A stretch of DNA of 43,663 nt from a phage. Position 1 is the stretch's first letter, and each line of letters starts with the position of its first letter. The translations under genes and the position numbers were made by a program. The notes beneath the pieces are model-generated. The model was not told the origin of the DNA. It ran no database searches and saw nothing but the letters and a program-made list of their open reading frames with translations. Positions 6,920-15,218 of the stretch are shown here, in pieces. The stretch is from sequence record PZ445529.1; one strand, written 5' to 3'.

Positions 6920-9207
6920 AAGACTTCGAACGCCTGTTTCTCGATACCGAGACATTTAGCGGGGTGGACCTGAAGAAAGTAGGGGCGTACGCCTACGCAG
7001 AGCACCCAACCACCGAGATTATGATTTGCACATACGCCATCGACGAGGGTCGCGTGCAGACATGGGACGCCACTGAATCCCCCACAATGCCGCGTGAACT
7101 GCGCAAGGCGCTCCGCCGGGTAACCCGCAAGAAAGCAAAAATCGTGATGGCTAACGGCCTCCTGTTTGACCGCCTGGTTATCCGTGAGAAGTGGGGTATT
7201 GACCTGCCCGTAAGCCAGATCGAAGACACCATGATTATGGCCTTTCGCCACGCGCTGCCCGGTAGCCTCGATATGCAGTGCCAGGTGTTGGGCGTTGACG
7301 CAGAGCACGCGAAGGATAAGGCAGGCAAGGCGCTGATCAAACGATTCTGTAAGCCTACCCCTAAGACCTACAAAATACGCCGCTACACTCGCGAGACTCA
7401 CCCAGAAGAGTGGGCCAAGTTTCTGCGCTATGCCGCGCTGGATATTGTTGCCATGCGTGAAGTCTACTGGCGCATACCGGACTGGGGCAACTCACCGAAG
7501 GAAGATGAAATCCTGCTCATCGACCAGTTGATCAACGACCGCGGCTTCTATGTGGACGTTGACCTGGCGAACGCCGCGATCAAAGCGGTGCAGGCGCATA
7601 AGGAAGAATTGAAGGAAGAAGCCTGGGAGCGATTTGGCGGTAAACTGACAGGCAATGACTTTCTGCCAATCCTGCGTGATATCGCACCGGCGTTTACAAT
7701 CCACAACGCGCAGAAATCCACACTTAACGACCTGCTTGAAGACCCGGACTTCCCCGACGAAGGCAAAGCGCTTATCGAAATGCGCCTCGGAGCGTCATCA
7801 ACGGCATCGACTAAGTACAATCCGCTAGTTAATGGCCTGTCGGCCGATGGTCGCCGCCGTGGGTGTCTTCAGTATGGTGGTGCAAAGCGCACGCTGCGCT
7901 GGGCGGGTAAAGGCTTCCAGCCTCAAAACCTGGCACGCGGCGAGTATAGCGACGATCACGAAGGGAAGATTAAGCGCCGCGAAGGCGAGAGCGACGTCGC
8001 TTTCTGGGTCCGGTCGCATATGCTCACCAACGGCATAAACTCCCTGTTACGCGGGACCGCACACTGGGCGTATGACATATCTAAGCTGACCGCCTCGACC
8101 GTTCGCGGGTGCATCATTCCGGCGAAGGGCAAGAAGTTTGTCGTCGCGGACTACTCCAACGTGGAAGGGCGTGGCCTTGCCTGGATCGCGGGCGAGAAAA
8201 CCGCGCTAATGGTGTTTAAGGCCGGACGCGATATCTATTGCGAGACTGCCGGTAAGATGTTCGGCCTTGACCCGGATTACATTAAAGCCAACCGCAAGGA
8301 CTTACGCCAGATTGGTAAGGCGTGCGAATTGGGACTGGGCTATGGTGGCGGCGTCGCGGCGTTCTTGCAGTTCGCTAAAAACCTGGGCCTCGACCTTTAC
8401 ACTATGGCGGACGTGATGAAAGGCACGTTCCCGGATCACATTTGGGCGGCGGCGAAACGTGGTTATGAGTACGCCCGCATTAACGAAGCGAAGCGCCCGC
8501 CGAAGCCCGGTAAGAAAGACGAGCGCCCAACATACATACTGCCGAAAAACGTATGGCTTACCTGTGACGCGATCAAACGTATGTGGCGTGAGGCTCACCC
8601 GAAGACGGTAGCCTTTTGGGCCGAGCTTGAGGACGCGGTGTTGTGTGCAATCCGCAATCCGGGCAAAGCATACTGGGCTGGCGCGAACGTTCGCCCGGAC
8701 GGTAGGAAAGCGCTCAAGATTGTGCGCACGAAGGCGAAGCACGACCCAACCTTCGACGAGGAGCGCGACGACCCGAACGCCGCGGGGTGGTGGTTGAAAA
8801 TTGAGTTGCCGTCCGGGCGCATCATGAGCTACCCAGGCATCGCACTGTCGGTCACGACCGAGATCGACGAAGACACCGGCAAGAAGCGCACCAGTACCCG
8901 CATCAAATATCAGGGCGAGAATCAGACGACGCGCCAATGGGGGTTCCAGTACACCTACGGCGGCAAACTTACAGAGAACATCGTGCAAGCGTTGTGCCGC
9001 GATATTCTCGCGTGGTCCATGCCTGGCGTTGAAGCCGCGGGCTATGAGATCGTACTGTCAGTGCACGATGAATTGATAACCGAAGTGCCGGATACTGACG
9101 ACTACACGACCGAGGAGCTATGCGCGCTGATGTGCGACCTGCCTGTTTGGGCGAAAGGCTTCCCACTTGCCGCCGAAGGCGACATTATGATGCGCTACCG
9201 CAAATAA
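6916..9207 (+). CDS. family A DNA polymerase (Pol I-like) with 3'-5' exonuclease domain
   Basis: 763 aa; exo motif LDTETFSG; Pol A motif A ADYSNVEGRGLAW, motif B RQIGKACELGLGYGGG, motif C VHDELITEV. Confidence 0.9.
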   Translation: MKDFERLFLDTETFSGVDLKKVGAYAYAEHPTTEIMICTYAIDEGRVQTWDATESPTMPRELRKALRRVTRKKAKIVMANGLLFDRLVIREKWGIDLPVSQIEDTMIMAFRHALPGSLDMQCQVLGVDAEHAKDKAGKALIKRFCKPTPKTYKIRRYTRETHPEEWAKFLRYAALDIVAMREVYWRIPDWGNSPKEDEILLIDQLINDRGFYVDVDLANAAIKAVQAHKEELKEEAWERFGGKLTGNDFLPILRDIAPAFTIHNAQKSTLNDLLEDPDFPDEGKALIEMRLGASSTASTKYNPLVNGLSADGRRRGCLQYGGAKRTLRWAGKGFQPQNLARGEYSDDHEGKIKRREGESDVAFWVRSHMLTNGINSLLRGTAHWAYDISKLTASTVRGCIIPAKGKKFVVADYSNVEGRGLAWIAGEKTALMVFKAGRDIYCETAGKMFGLDPDYIKANRKDLRQIGKACELGLGYGGGVAAFLQFAKNLGLDLYTMADVMKGTFPDHIWAAAKRGYEYARINEAKRPPKPGKKDERPTYILPKNVWLTCDAIKRMWREAHPKTVAFWAELEDAVLCAIRNPGKAYWAGANVRPDGRKALKIVRTKAKHDPTFDEERDDPNAAGWWLKIELPSGRIMSYPGIALSVTTEIDEDTGKKRTSTRIKYQGENQTTRQWGFQYTYGGKLTENIVQALCRDILAWSMPGVEAAGYEIVLSVHDELITEVPDTDDYTTEELCALMCDLPVWAKGFPLAAEGDIMMRYRK

Positions 9208-9220
9208 CGGAAATAAGATT

Positions 9221-9583
9221 ATGAAAGCACCGATTAGCAAAATATTACACTTCCCAGCGAGGGTGCGGCTTATGTGCCCCAACTGTGGCACGGTGAGCAA
9301 CAACCACAAGCCTCACTCCATGCGTACTGAGTACTACTGGGACACGCGCGTGAGGCCGTCAACCGTGTTTTTGCATACGTGCTGCCGGTGTGGGTACACG
9401 GATAGCGACGGGCCTGGGTTTATTGACAGTGGGAACGACCATACCGAGGATTTCGTGAATATGGCGGAGTGGGAGCGCGAGGAGCGCAGACTGCAAGACG
9501 CACTTGACGAATTGAGACGTAAAATCGCGCGGGGGAAAGCGCTATGGGACCGCCGCTGGAACTCGACGGAGGATAGCCAGTAA
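9221..9583 (+). CDS. zinc-ribbon protein (120 aa)
   Basis: Cys pairs CPNCG...CCRCG; weak RBS. Confidence 0.5.
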   Translation: MKAPISKILHFPARVRLMCPNCGTVSNNHKPHSMRTEYYWDTRVRPSTVFLHTCCRCGYTDSDGPGFIDSGNDHTEDFVNMAEWEREERRLQDALDELRRKIARGKALWDRRWNSTEDSQ

Positions 9584-9861
9584 TGACACCAGAAGGCAAG
9601 GTTCAAAGTCACCTGATGAAGCTGGTTAAAGCAGTTGGTGGATTCTGCCGCAAAGTGGCATGGGAGGGGCGCGCAGGCGCGCCCGACCTGATTATCATCA
9701 TCAACGGCCGCATAGTATTCGTCGAAGTGAAGCGCCCAGGCGGAAAACCGAAGCCGCACCAGGTACGTGAACATGAGAGGATGGCCCGCCGCGGCGCGGA
9801 CGTTCGCGTTATAGACAACATCGCCGACTGTGATTTGTTGGTTGCTGAATTGGTCGCATAG
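9583..9861 (+). CDS. VRR-NUC domain nuclease
   Basis: 92 aa; PD-(D/E)xK-type motifs GAPDLIII...FVEVKRPGGK...QVREH; RBS GGAGG. Confidence 0.7.
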   Translation: MTPEGKVQSHLMKLVKAVGGFCRKVAWEGRAGAPDLIIIINGRIVFVEVKRPGGKPKPHQVREHERMARRGADVRVIDNIADCDLLVAELVA

Positions 9862-9901
9862 CGGTATAGTGTGCCGGTTAGCCATATCGAGGATTTTAGA
9901 G

Positions 9902-10075
9902 ATGATTGAAGAAAAACGTTGCAGTAATTGCGGCTGCGTTAAACCGCTATCCCAGTTCCATAAATACACCGGTAAGACTGCGCGAAGCCCGGACGGGTAT
10001 CGGGCAGAGTGCAAATCGTGCCGCAATAAAAAAGAGCGCGAACGGCAGCGCCGCTACCGCGCAGAGCAAAAATAA
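9902..10075 (+). CDS. small Cys-rich (zinc-finger-like) protein, 57 aa
   Basis: CSNCGC...ECKSCRNKK; start chosen at ATG 9902 preceded by GAGGA. Confidence 0.45.
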   Translation: MIEEKRCSNCGCVKPLSQFHKYTGKTARSPDGYRAECKSCRNKKERERQRRYRAEQK

Positions 10076-10082
10076 TTAATAC

Positions 10083-10105
10083 GGCGGGCTTGTCCCGCCA
10101 TTTTT
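10083..10105 (+). terminator. Rho-independent terminator (ggcggg-cttgt-cccgcc + ATTTTT)
   Basis: Perfect 6-bp GC stem and T-run 8 nt after the stop. Confidence 0.6.
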
Positions 10106-10118
10106 GGGAGACATGACG

Positions 10119-10337
10119 ATGAAAGAACATTACCGACTCACCAAGCTGGGCGAATGTAAACCGGGCGATCGCGTGTGGTTTATTGCTGGCCTGAATTACC
10201 CGCTGCCGTTGACGGTGTGCTGGCAGAAGTTTAAGAGCTTCCGGGCTACCGGTGTCCACATCGGACACGCCACCAACTACGACGCCACAAAGAGGAACTT
10301 GGATAGTGAAACTGAAGTCTGGAAAAAGGCGGAATAA
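10119..10337 (+). CDS. hypothetical protein (72 aa)
   Basis: ATG 10119 with RBS GGGAG 8 nt upstream; in frame with ORF 10104-10337. Confidence 0.45.
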   Translation: MKEHYRLTKLGECKPGDRVWFIAGLNYPLPLTVCWQKFKSFRATGVHIGHATNYDATKRNLDSETEVWKKAE

Positions 10338-10341
10338 AGAG

Positions 10342-11766
10342 ATGGCACGATTCCGACGTCGCGAATATCAGAAGTTGATTACCGCGTTCATCCTCAAGCA
10401 TAAGCGATGTAATATCTGGGCGACAATGGGATCCGGGAAAACCGGCGCGACAATGTGGGCGCTGAATAAAATGTTCCAGACTGGCGTCCTGTCCCATCAT
10501 GAGGACCGCGTACTGGTGCTGGCCCCGCTGCGTGTTGCGTCAGGTACATGGCCCCCGGAACAGGAGAAATGGCGGTTCTCATCCCTGCTGGTCGTAGACG
10601 GCACCGGACCGGAGAAGGACCGTATTGCCGCGCTTGAGAGCGACGCTAACGTGGTTTGTGTTAACTACGATGTGGTTGAGTGGCTGGTTGACTATTACGG
10701 CGATGCGTGGCCCTTTACGGTCGTTGTTGCCGATGAATCGACTAAGCTGAAAGGCTATCGTAGCAAGCAAGGCAGTAAGCGCGCACGCGCACTGGCAGCG
10801 ATTGCACATAAACACGTCAAGCGCTGGATTAATCTGACCGGCACACCAGCGCCAAACGGCTTGAAAGACTTATGGGGTCAGACGTGGTTTGTCGACGGTG
10901 GCGAACGACTCGGCAGTAGTTATAAGGCATTTACCGATCGCTGGTTCATTAGCAAGCCTGTTAAGCCTGGCAGCTTCACGATGCAGCACGCTCCGCTAAA
11001 GAACTCCGAGAAAGAAATACAACAACGCCTGTCTGACGTATCACTAACCGTTGACGCTGCTGAATACTTCGGGTGCGACAAGCCAATCTATACGCCGGTT
11101 GTTGTGGACCTGCCGAAGAAAGCCCGCAAGATTTACGACCAGTTTGAAAGCGAGCTATTTGCCGAACTGGAAAGCGGAACAGTGGAAGCGGCGAACGCGG
11201 CATCGAAGACAATTAAGTGCCTTCAGCTTGCTTCCGGCGCTGTGTATAAGGTGGACGAAGACGGCGAACGGACCGACGAGTGGGTGAAGATTCACGACGC
11301 CAAACTGGACGCGCTGGAAAGTATCGTGGAGGAGTTGAACGGCGCGCCGTTGCTCGTTGCGTATCAGTACAAGCATGATCTGGCGCGTCTCAAGAAGAAA
11401 TTTCCGCACGGCGTAGCGCTGGGTAAGGGTAAGCAGGGGAATAAGGATATGGAAGCGTGGAACAGGGGCGAGATCCCCATCATGTTTGCACACCCGGCAT
11501 CCGCAGGCCACGGCCTTAACTTGCAGGACGGCGGACACCACCTGGCAATCTTCTCCGATACCTGGAACTTTGAGCACTTTTCGCAGATCGTGGAGCGTAT
11601 CGGGCCGGTTCGACAGATGCAGGCCGGACACCCTAGACCGGTATTCGTATACATTATCCAGGCGCGCGGAACACTGGATGAACTTGTCGCCGAGCGTCGC
11701 GACAGTAAGCGCGATATCCAGGACGATTTAATGGAATACATGAAAGCTAAAAAGGCGCGCAAATGA
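10342..11766 (+). CDS. SNF2/DEAD-like superfamily 2 helicase
   Basis: Walker A TMGSGKTGAT, DExx box VVVADESTKLKG; start at ATG 10342 immediately after the upstream stop. Confidence 0.75.
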   Translation: MARFRRREYQKLITAFILKHKRCNIWATMGSGKTGATMWALNKMFQTGVLSHHEDRVLVLAPLRVASGTWPPEQEKWRFSSLLVVDGTGPEKDRIAALESDANVVCVNYDVVEWLVDYYGDAWPFTVVVADESTKLKGYRSKQGSKRARALAAIAHKHVKRWINLTGTPAPNGLKDLWGQTWFVDGGERLGSSYKAFTDRWFISKPVKPGSFTMQHAPLKNSEKEIQQRLSDVSLTVDAAEYFGCDKPIYTPVVVDLPKKARKIYDQFESELFAELESGTVEAANAASKTIKCLQLASGAVYKVDEDGERTDEWVKIHDAKLDALESIVEELNGAPLLVAYQYKHDLARLKKKFPHGVALGKGKQGNKDMEAWNRGEIPIMFAHPASAGHGLNLQDGGHHLAIFSDTWNFEHFSQIVERIGPVRQMQAGHPRPVFVYIIQARGTLDELVAERRDSKRDIQDDLMEYMKAKKARK

Positions 11767-12053
11767 TAATCTGGTCATTGTTTGACGGCAGCGGCTTGAT
11801 GATTGAGCGTGCTGCCGAGATGGGGCATAAGTGTTATTGCTTCAACTACTCCGAAGCCGATCACGGGTCGTACCTTGACTACCGTATTTATGGTCGCGGA
11901 ATCCGGTATCGCAATGAGTTTATCGATCTGGACTTCGTGGACCGCGCGATGAATGGCGATTTCGGTACGCCAGATATCATCTATGCATTCCCTCCGTGCA
12001 CGGATCTAGCTGTGAGCGGTGCGCACCGCGAAGATCGCAGCTTACCTGGGTGA
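11763..12053 (+). CDS. C5-cytosine methyltransferase-like, N-terminal segment (motif I FDGSG, motif IV-like FPPC); frame ends at 12053
   Basis: SLFDGSGLM and AFPPCTDLAVSG resemble C5-MTase motifs I and IV; ATG overlaps SNF2 stop (ATGA). Confidence 0.5.
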   Translation: MIIWSLFDGSGLMIERAAEMGHKCYCFNYSEADHGSYLDYRIYGRGIRYRNEFIDLDFVDRAMNGDFGTPDIIYAFPPCTDLAVSGAHREDRSLPG

Positions 12054-12402
12054 CTTCTTCGAAGTGCCATATATGATTGAGAATCCGCGCAGTGTGCTTT
12101 CCACCCAGTGGCGTAAGCCGGACCACTCGTTTGATCCGTGGGAGTATGGGGGATATCTGCCGGAGGATGACGTACACCCGCTCTTCCCGGAATACATCAA
12201 CGCCCGCGATTCATATCCGAAGCTGACCTGCTTATGGACCGGCAACGGCTTCCGTATGCCTGAGAAAAAGCCTGTATTCGTTGAAAAAGGGTACTCGAAG
12301 CAGTATAGTCGCCTCGGAGGCAAATCAGCCCGCACAAAATTAATCCGGTCGCTCACCCCGCGCGGCTTCGCGATAGCAGTCAATGAGGAAAATTTAGAAT
12401 GA
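12019..12402 (+). CDS. C5-cytosine methyltransferase-like, C-terminal segment in +1 frame (motif VI-like ENP)
   Basis: VPYMIENPRS resembles the ENV motif; frame is open only from 12016; overlaps upstream segment by about 35 nt, suggesting a frame disruption or recoding. Confidence 0.45.
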   Translation: MRTAKIAAYLGDFFEVPYMIENPRSVLSTQWRKPDHSFDPWEYGGYLPEDDVHPLFPEYINARDSYPKLTCLWTGNGFRMPEKKPVFVEKGYSKQYSRLGGKSARTKLIRSLTPRGFAIAVNEENLE

Positions 12403-12722
12403 ACACTACATTCGAAGCCATCGATTTTTCGGTTGCAATGACTAACCAGTTATTCTCCTACGACAGCAAAACCGGCGTCATTCGTCTGAAGTCCACCGGC
12501 TGCAAAATTGGCAACATCAATACTGCCGATGGAGGCACCCGTATCGAATGCAATGGTAAGACGCTGTCGGGCGCGCGCGTGGCGTGGATTATTGAGACGG
12601 GCAATACAATCCCCCCGGGCTTCGCCGTAGTGTGTCGCCAGCGCACACCAGGGCACTACGGCAACCGAATCAGCAATCTGTATCTGGTAGACGTTGCACG
12701 CGATCCGAATTTTTATTCGTAA
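12399..12722 (+). CDS. HNH-type homing-endonuclease-like protein (NUMOD4-like + HNH-like region, possibly degenerate)
   Basis: 107 aa; YDSKTGVIRLKSTGCKIGN...ECNGK and GHYGNRISNLYLV resemble phage HNH endonuclease motifs; RBS GAGGA. Confidence 0.5.
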   Translation: MNTTFEAIDFSVAMTNQLFSYDSKTGVIRLKSTGCKIGNINTADGGTRIECNGKTLSGARVAWIIETGNTIPPGFAVVCRQRTPGHYGNRISNLYLVDVARDPNFYS

Positions 12723-12727
12723 ATTGG

Positions 12728-12756
12728 TTGCATAACCATATTGGTTGCATTATATT
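12728..12756 (+). promoter_or_regulatory. sigma70-like promoter (-35 TTGCAT, 17-bp spacer, -10 TATATT) built on two direct ATTGGTTGCAT copies
   Basis: aaattggttgcataaccatattggttgcattatatt; contains TGGTT-gcat-AACCA inverted repeat. Confidence 0.5.
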
Positions 12757-12758
12757 GA

Positions 12759-12783
12759 GGGTGTCCGGTTGGACGCCCTTTTT
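12759..12783 (+). terminator. leader hairpin/attenuator (gggtgtcc-ggtt-ggacgccc + TTTTT) between promoter and gene start
   Basis: 7 of 8 bp stem followed by T-run, lying after the promoter and before the ATG at 12803. Confidence 0.45.
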
Positions 12784-12802
12784 AATAACTGGAGACAGTG
12801 CG

Positions 12803-13054
12803 ATGAAATCATTATTTTTCGACTACGACGGCGACCTTCGATTTTGGGTGCTCCTCACCCTCATGATTGCCGTTTGTGTTTGCGTACCTGCCGCGGGTGT
12901 CGCGGGTGTCTACTACTCGGAACGCTACGAATGCCGGACTGTGTACGCAGAGCAAACAGGTCGCAACACCCAATGGCGCTATGGTGTCTGCTGGGTAGAG
13001 ATGGACGGCAAATTTATTCCACGCGATGAAATCCGCACTACGGAGACTAAATAG
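12803..13054 (+). CDS. small membrane protein (83 aa)
   Basis: ATG 12803 with RBS GGAGA; hydrophobic helix FWVLLTLMIAVCVCVPAAGVAGV. Confidence 0.5.
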   Translation: MKSLFFDYDGDLRFWVLLTLMIAVCVCVPAAGVAGVYYSERYECRTVYAEQTGRNTQWRYGVCWVEMDGKFIPRDEIRTTETK

Positions 13055-13510
13055 ATGAAAATTTTACAAGAAGAAAAAGATTACTGGGCCGCGCAATGCC
13101 TCGAAGCCCGCGAACAGGCCGAACGGGCTAACTCGGTGGCGGACACCAACCAGGCGCTATATGAAGGAGAGAAGAAAGTGCGCCGGGAGTTAGAGGAACG
13201 CTTCGAACTGCTTTTCGAATTGATGGGGATTATGCAGCGCACCGGGTACACAACCAGCGTTGCGCTAAACCGCGTCACGGCTGATGCGTTGCGCGAGCAT
13301 TGCAAACGGGCCGAGGAATACGTGCGCTCGAAGGGCCGCCAGTCTTCGATCGCCCGGAAAGACCTTGTGCTCATGGCGTGGCGCAACCCTACAAACGGCA
13401 GCATCTACCCGAACGCGCGCCCGCTTAGTGTCGAAGAAGCAAAGCGCGTCATCAATAAAGGTGGTAAGACTCCACTTTATGCGATAGACACCGACCATGC
13501 AGAAGAGTGA
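13055..13510 (+). CDS. hypothetical protein (151 aa)
   Basis: ORF abutting upstream stop; RBS GGAGA. Confidence 0.5.
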   Translation: MKILQEEKDYWAAQCLEAREQAERANSVADTNQALYEGEKKVRRELEERFELLFELMGIMQRTGYTTSVALNRVTADALREHCKRAEEYVRSKGRQSSIARKDLVLMAWRNPTNGSIYPNARPLSVEEAKRVINKGGKTPLYAIDTDHAEE

Positions 13511-13982
13511 GCAAAAAGATAGCTGGCGCACGCCGCCAGCTTTATTTAAACCGCTGCGCCGTAAGTTCCGATTCCGTTACGATATGGCGGCGAGCGACGC
13601 CAATCATCTGCTACCGCGTTACTTCACGGCAGAGCACAGCGCGCTTGATGTGGACTGGGCAGAGTTGAAAGGGTGGAAGTGGTGCAATCCGCCGTATTCC
13701 GATCCGTTGCCGTGGGTGGAATGCGCAGCGCACGGACGACGTACTGTCATGCTGCTGAATCAGGACACGTCGACGAAGTGGGCGAAGTTGGCCCGGAAGA
13801 CTGCAAACCTGATAATTCTTCTGGACTGGCGTATTAGATTCATTCACGCCGTCACCGGCGAAGTCGGTCCGAGCAATAACAAGTGCCAGCAATTGATAAT
13901 CTTTGACGAAGCGCCACCAATCGGCAGCGCACAAATTGAAATAATGAGCGAAGGAGAACTCCTTGAATATCTTAATCGTTGA
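13497..13982 (+). CDS. phage Dam-type DNA N6-adenine methyltransferase
   Basis: 161 aa; N-terminal WRTPPALF and catalytic NPPYS motifs of the phage Dam family. Confidence 0.8.
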   Translation: MQKSEQKDSWRTPPALFKPLRRKFRFRYDMAASDANHLLPRYFTAEHSALDVDWAELKGWKWCNPPYSDPLPWVECAAHGRRTVMLLNQDTSTKWAKLARKTANLIILLDWRIRFIHAVTGEVGPSNNKCQQLIIFDEAPPIGSAQIEIMSEGELLEYLNR

Positions 13983-14187
13983 CCGCGACCCCGCGGTAGT
14001 AGACCAAATGCAAAAAGACTTCTGCATCGACCCACGCCGCGATCGTGTGCGTCGCGTGTCGCGGCCTGAATACCTTCTGGGCCTGGACCTTACCGGCTGG
14101 CTTGTCATGACTCAGCGTTGCCATTTCGTGTGTAACTCCTTCACCGCGCGCAGCGCCCGATACACCCTTATTGAGAGCTTAAAATGA
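13963..14187 (+). CDS. hypothetical protein (74 aa), TTG start
   Basis: ORF with AAGGAG 6 nt upstream of TTG; overlaps Dam 3' end. Confidence 0.3.
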   Translation: MNILIVDRDPAVVDQMQKDFCIDPRRDRVRRVSRPEYLLGLDLTGWLVMTQRCHFVCNSFTARSARYTLIESLK

Positions 14188-14654
14188 AATTACTGATTTG
14201 CGATTTGGATGGCGTTATTAATGGTTCAAGCGATGCGCGTGCCGACCTGGTGCCGGGGATAAAAACGAAATCAACCTTTTGGGCAAAGTGGCACAAAGCG
14301 CATGTACGCGAAGACCTGAACATGGATATGCTGCCGCTGTTGCGCATGTACAAAGAGCAAGGCTTCGAGATCGCGTATCTGACCAACCGGCAGCTAGAAT
14401 GCTGGGAGACTACCGCCGAGCAACTGGAGGTATTCCCGGCAGGCCGGTTGTTTATGCGCCACATGCTGGACGACACCCCGCCGCCAGAGTTTAAGGCGTG
14501 CGCTGTGTTCAAAATGGTCTGCTATGCAGACGTGTCTGAACTTGTCATCATTGAGGACTGCGAGAAGAACATCGCGGCAATTCGTCGGGCGTGCGGCGAT
14601 TTGGTCCCGAAAATTTACGCAATAAACGTTGCAAAATTCACTTGCAACCAATAG
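14184..14654 (+). CDS. HAD-superfamily hydrolase (nucleotidase/phosphatase-like)
   Basis: 156 aa; motif I LICDLDGVI (DxDG). Confidence 0.55.
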   Translation: MKLLICDLDGVINGSSDARADLVPGIKTKSTFWAKWHKAHVREDLNMDMLPLLRMYKEQGFEIAYLTNRQLECWETTAEQLEVFPAGRLFMRHMLDDTPPPEFKACAVFKMVCYADVSELVIIEDCEKNIAAIRRACGDLVPKIYAINVAKFTCNQ

Positions 14655-14660
14655 GTTGGT
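14632..14660 (+). promoter_or_regulatory. promoter-like element with perfect palindrome TGCAACCAA-tagg-TTGGTTGCA
   Basis: cttgcaaccaataggttggttgcattatag; -35 TTGCAA, 17-bp spacer, -10-like TTATAG. Confidence 0.45.
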
Positions 14661-14717
14661 TGCATTATAGTTAACGCGTCGGGGGGCAATACGGCCTCCC
14701 ATAAAAAGGACCACATA

Positions 14718-15176
14718 ATGAAAGCATACGAATACTGCAAAAACGCCGCCACCACTATGGAACAGCGCGGAAAAGAAAACGGCTATGGCAACGCGAAAGA
14801 AGAACGCATCGCTAAACAAATAGCTGCCGTGTTTAACGCGCTTACCGGTCGCGACCTGACCGAGCAAGAAGCCTGGACTTTCTTGATTTGCCTGAAGCTG
14901 GTACGCCAGCACCGCAAGCACCGGGAAGACAATATCGTCGACCTGGTAGCGTATGCGGCCTTGCTTGGCGAATCCCACATGACCGTTCATGATGAGATTC
15001 AGGTTGATACAACGGCAGCGCAATACGACAGCCTCAAGGCCACCAATTTCGGCGTCGTAGACCAGGACGTCCAGCCTATGGTCGTGCTCACTGGCGAGGA
15101 TGGGTCCAAAATCCTCATGACGCCGGAAGACTTCCGCAACATGGAAAAAACACTGGTACGTAGCGCACTGAAATAA
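14718..15176 (+). CDS. hypothetical protein (152 aa) with conserved-looking N-terminal segment KENGYGNAKEERIAKQIAAVFNALTG
   Basis: ORF with RBS AAGGA 7 nt upstream. Confidence 0.5.
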   Translation: MKAYEYCKNAATTMEQRGKENGYGNAKEERIAKQIAAVFNALTGRDLTEQEAWTFLICLKLVRQHRKHREDNIVDLVAYAALLGESHMTVHDEIQVDTTAAQYDSLKATNFGVVDQDVQPMVVLTGEDGSKILMTPEDFRNMEKTLVRSALK

Positions 15177-15184
15177 TTCTAATC

Positions 15185-15200
15185 GCGGGCTTCGGCCCGC
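15185..15200 (+). promoter_or_regulatory. GC stem-loop with UUCG tetraloop (gcgggc-ttcg-gcccgc), no T-run
   Basis: Perfect 6-bp stem 9 nt after the stop at 15176. Confidence 0.35.
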
Positions 15201-15218
15201 ATCAATGAGGGATTCACA

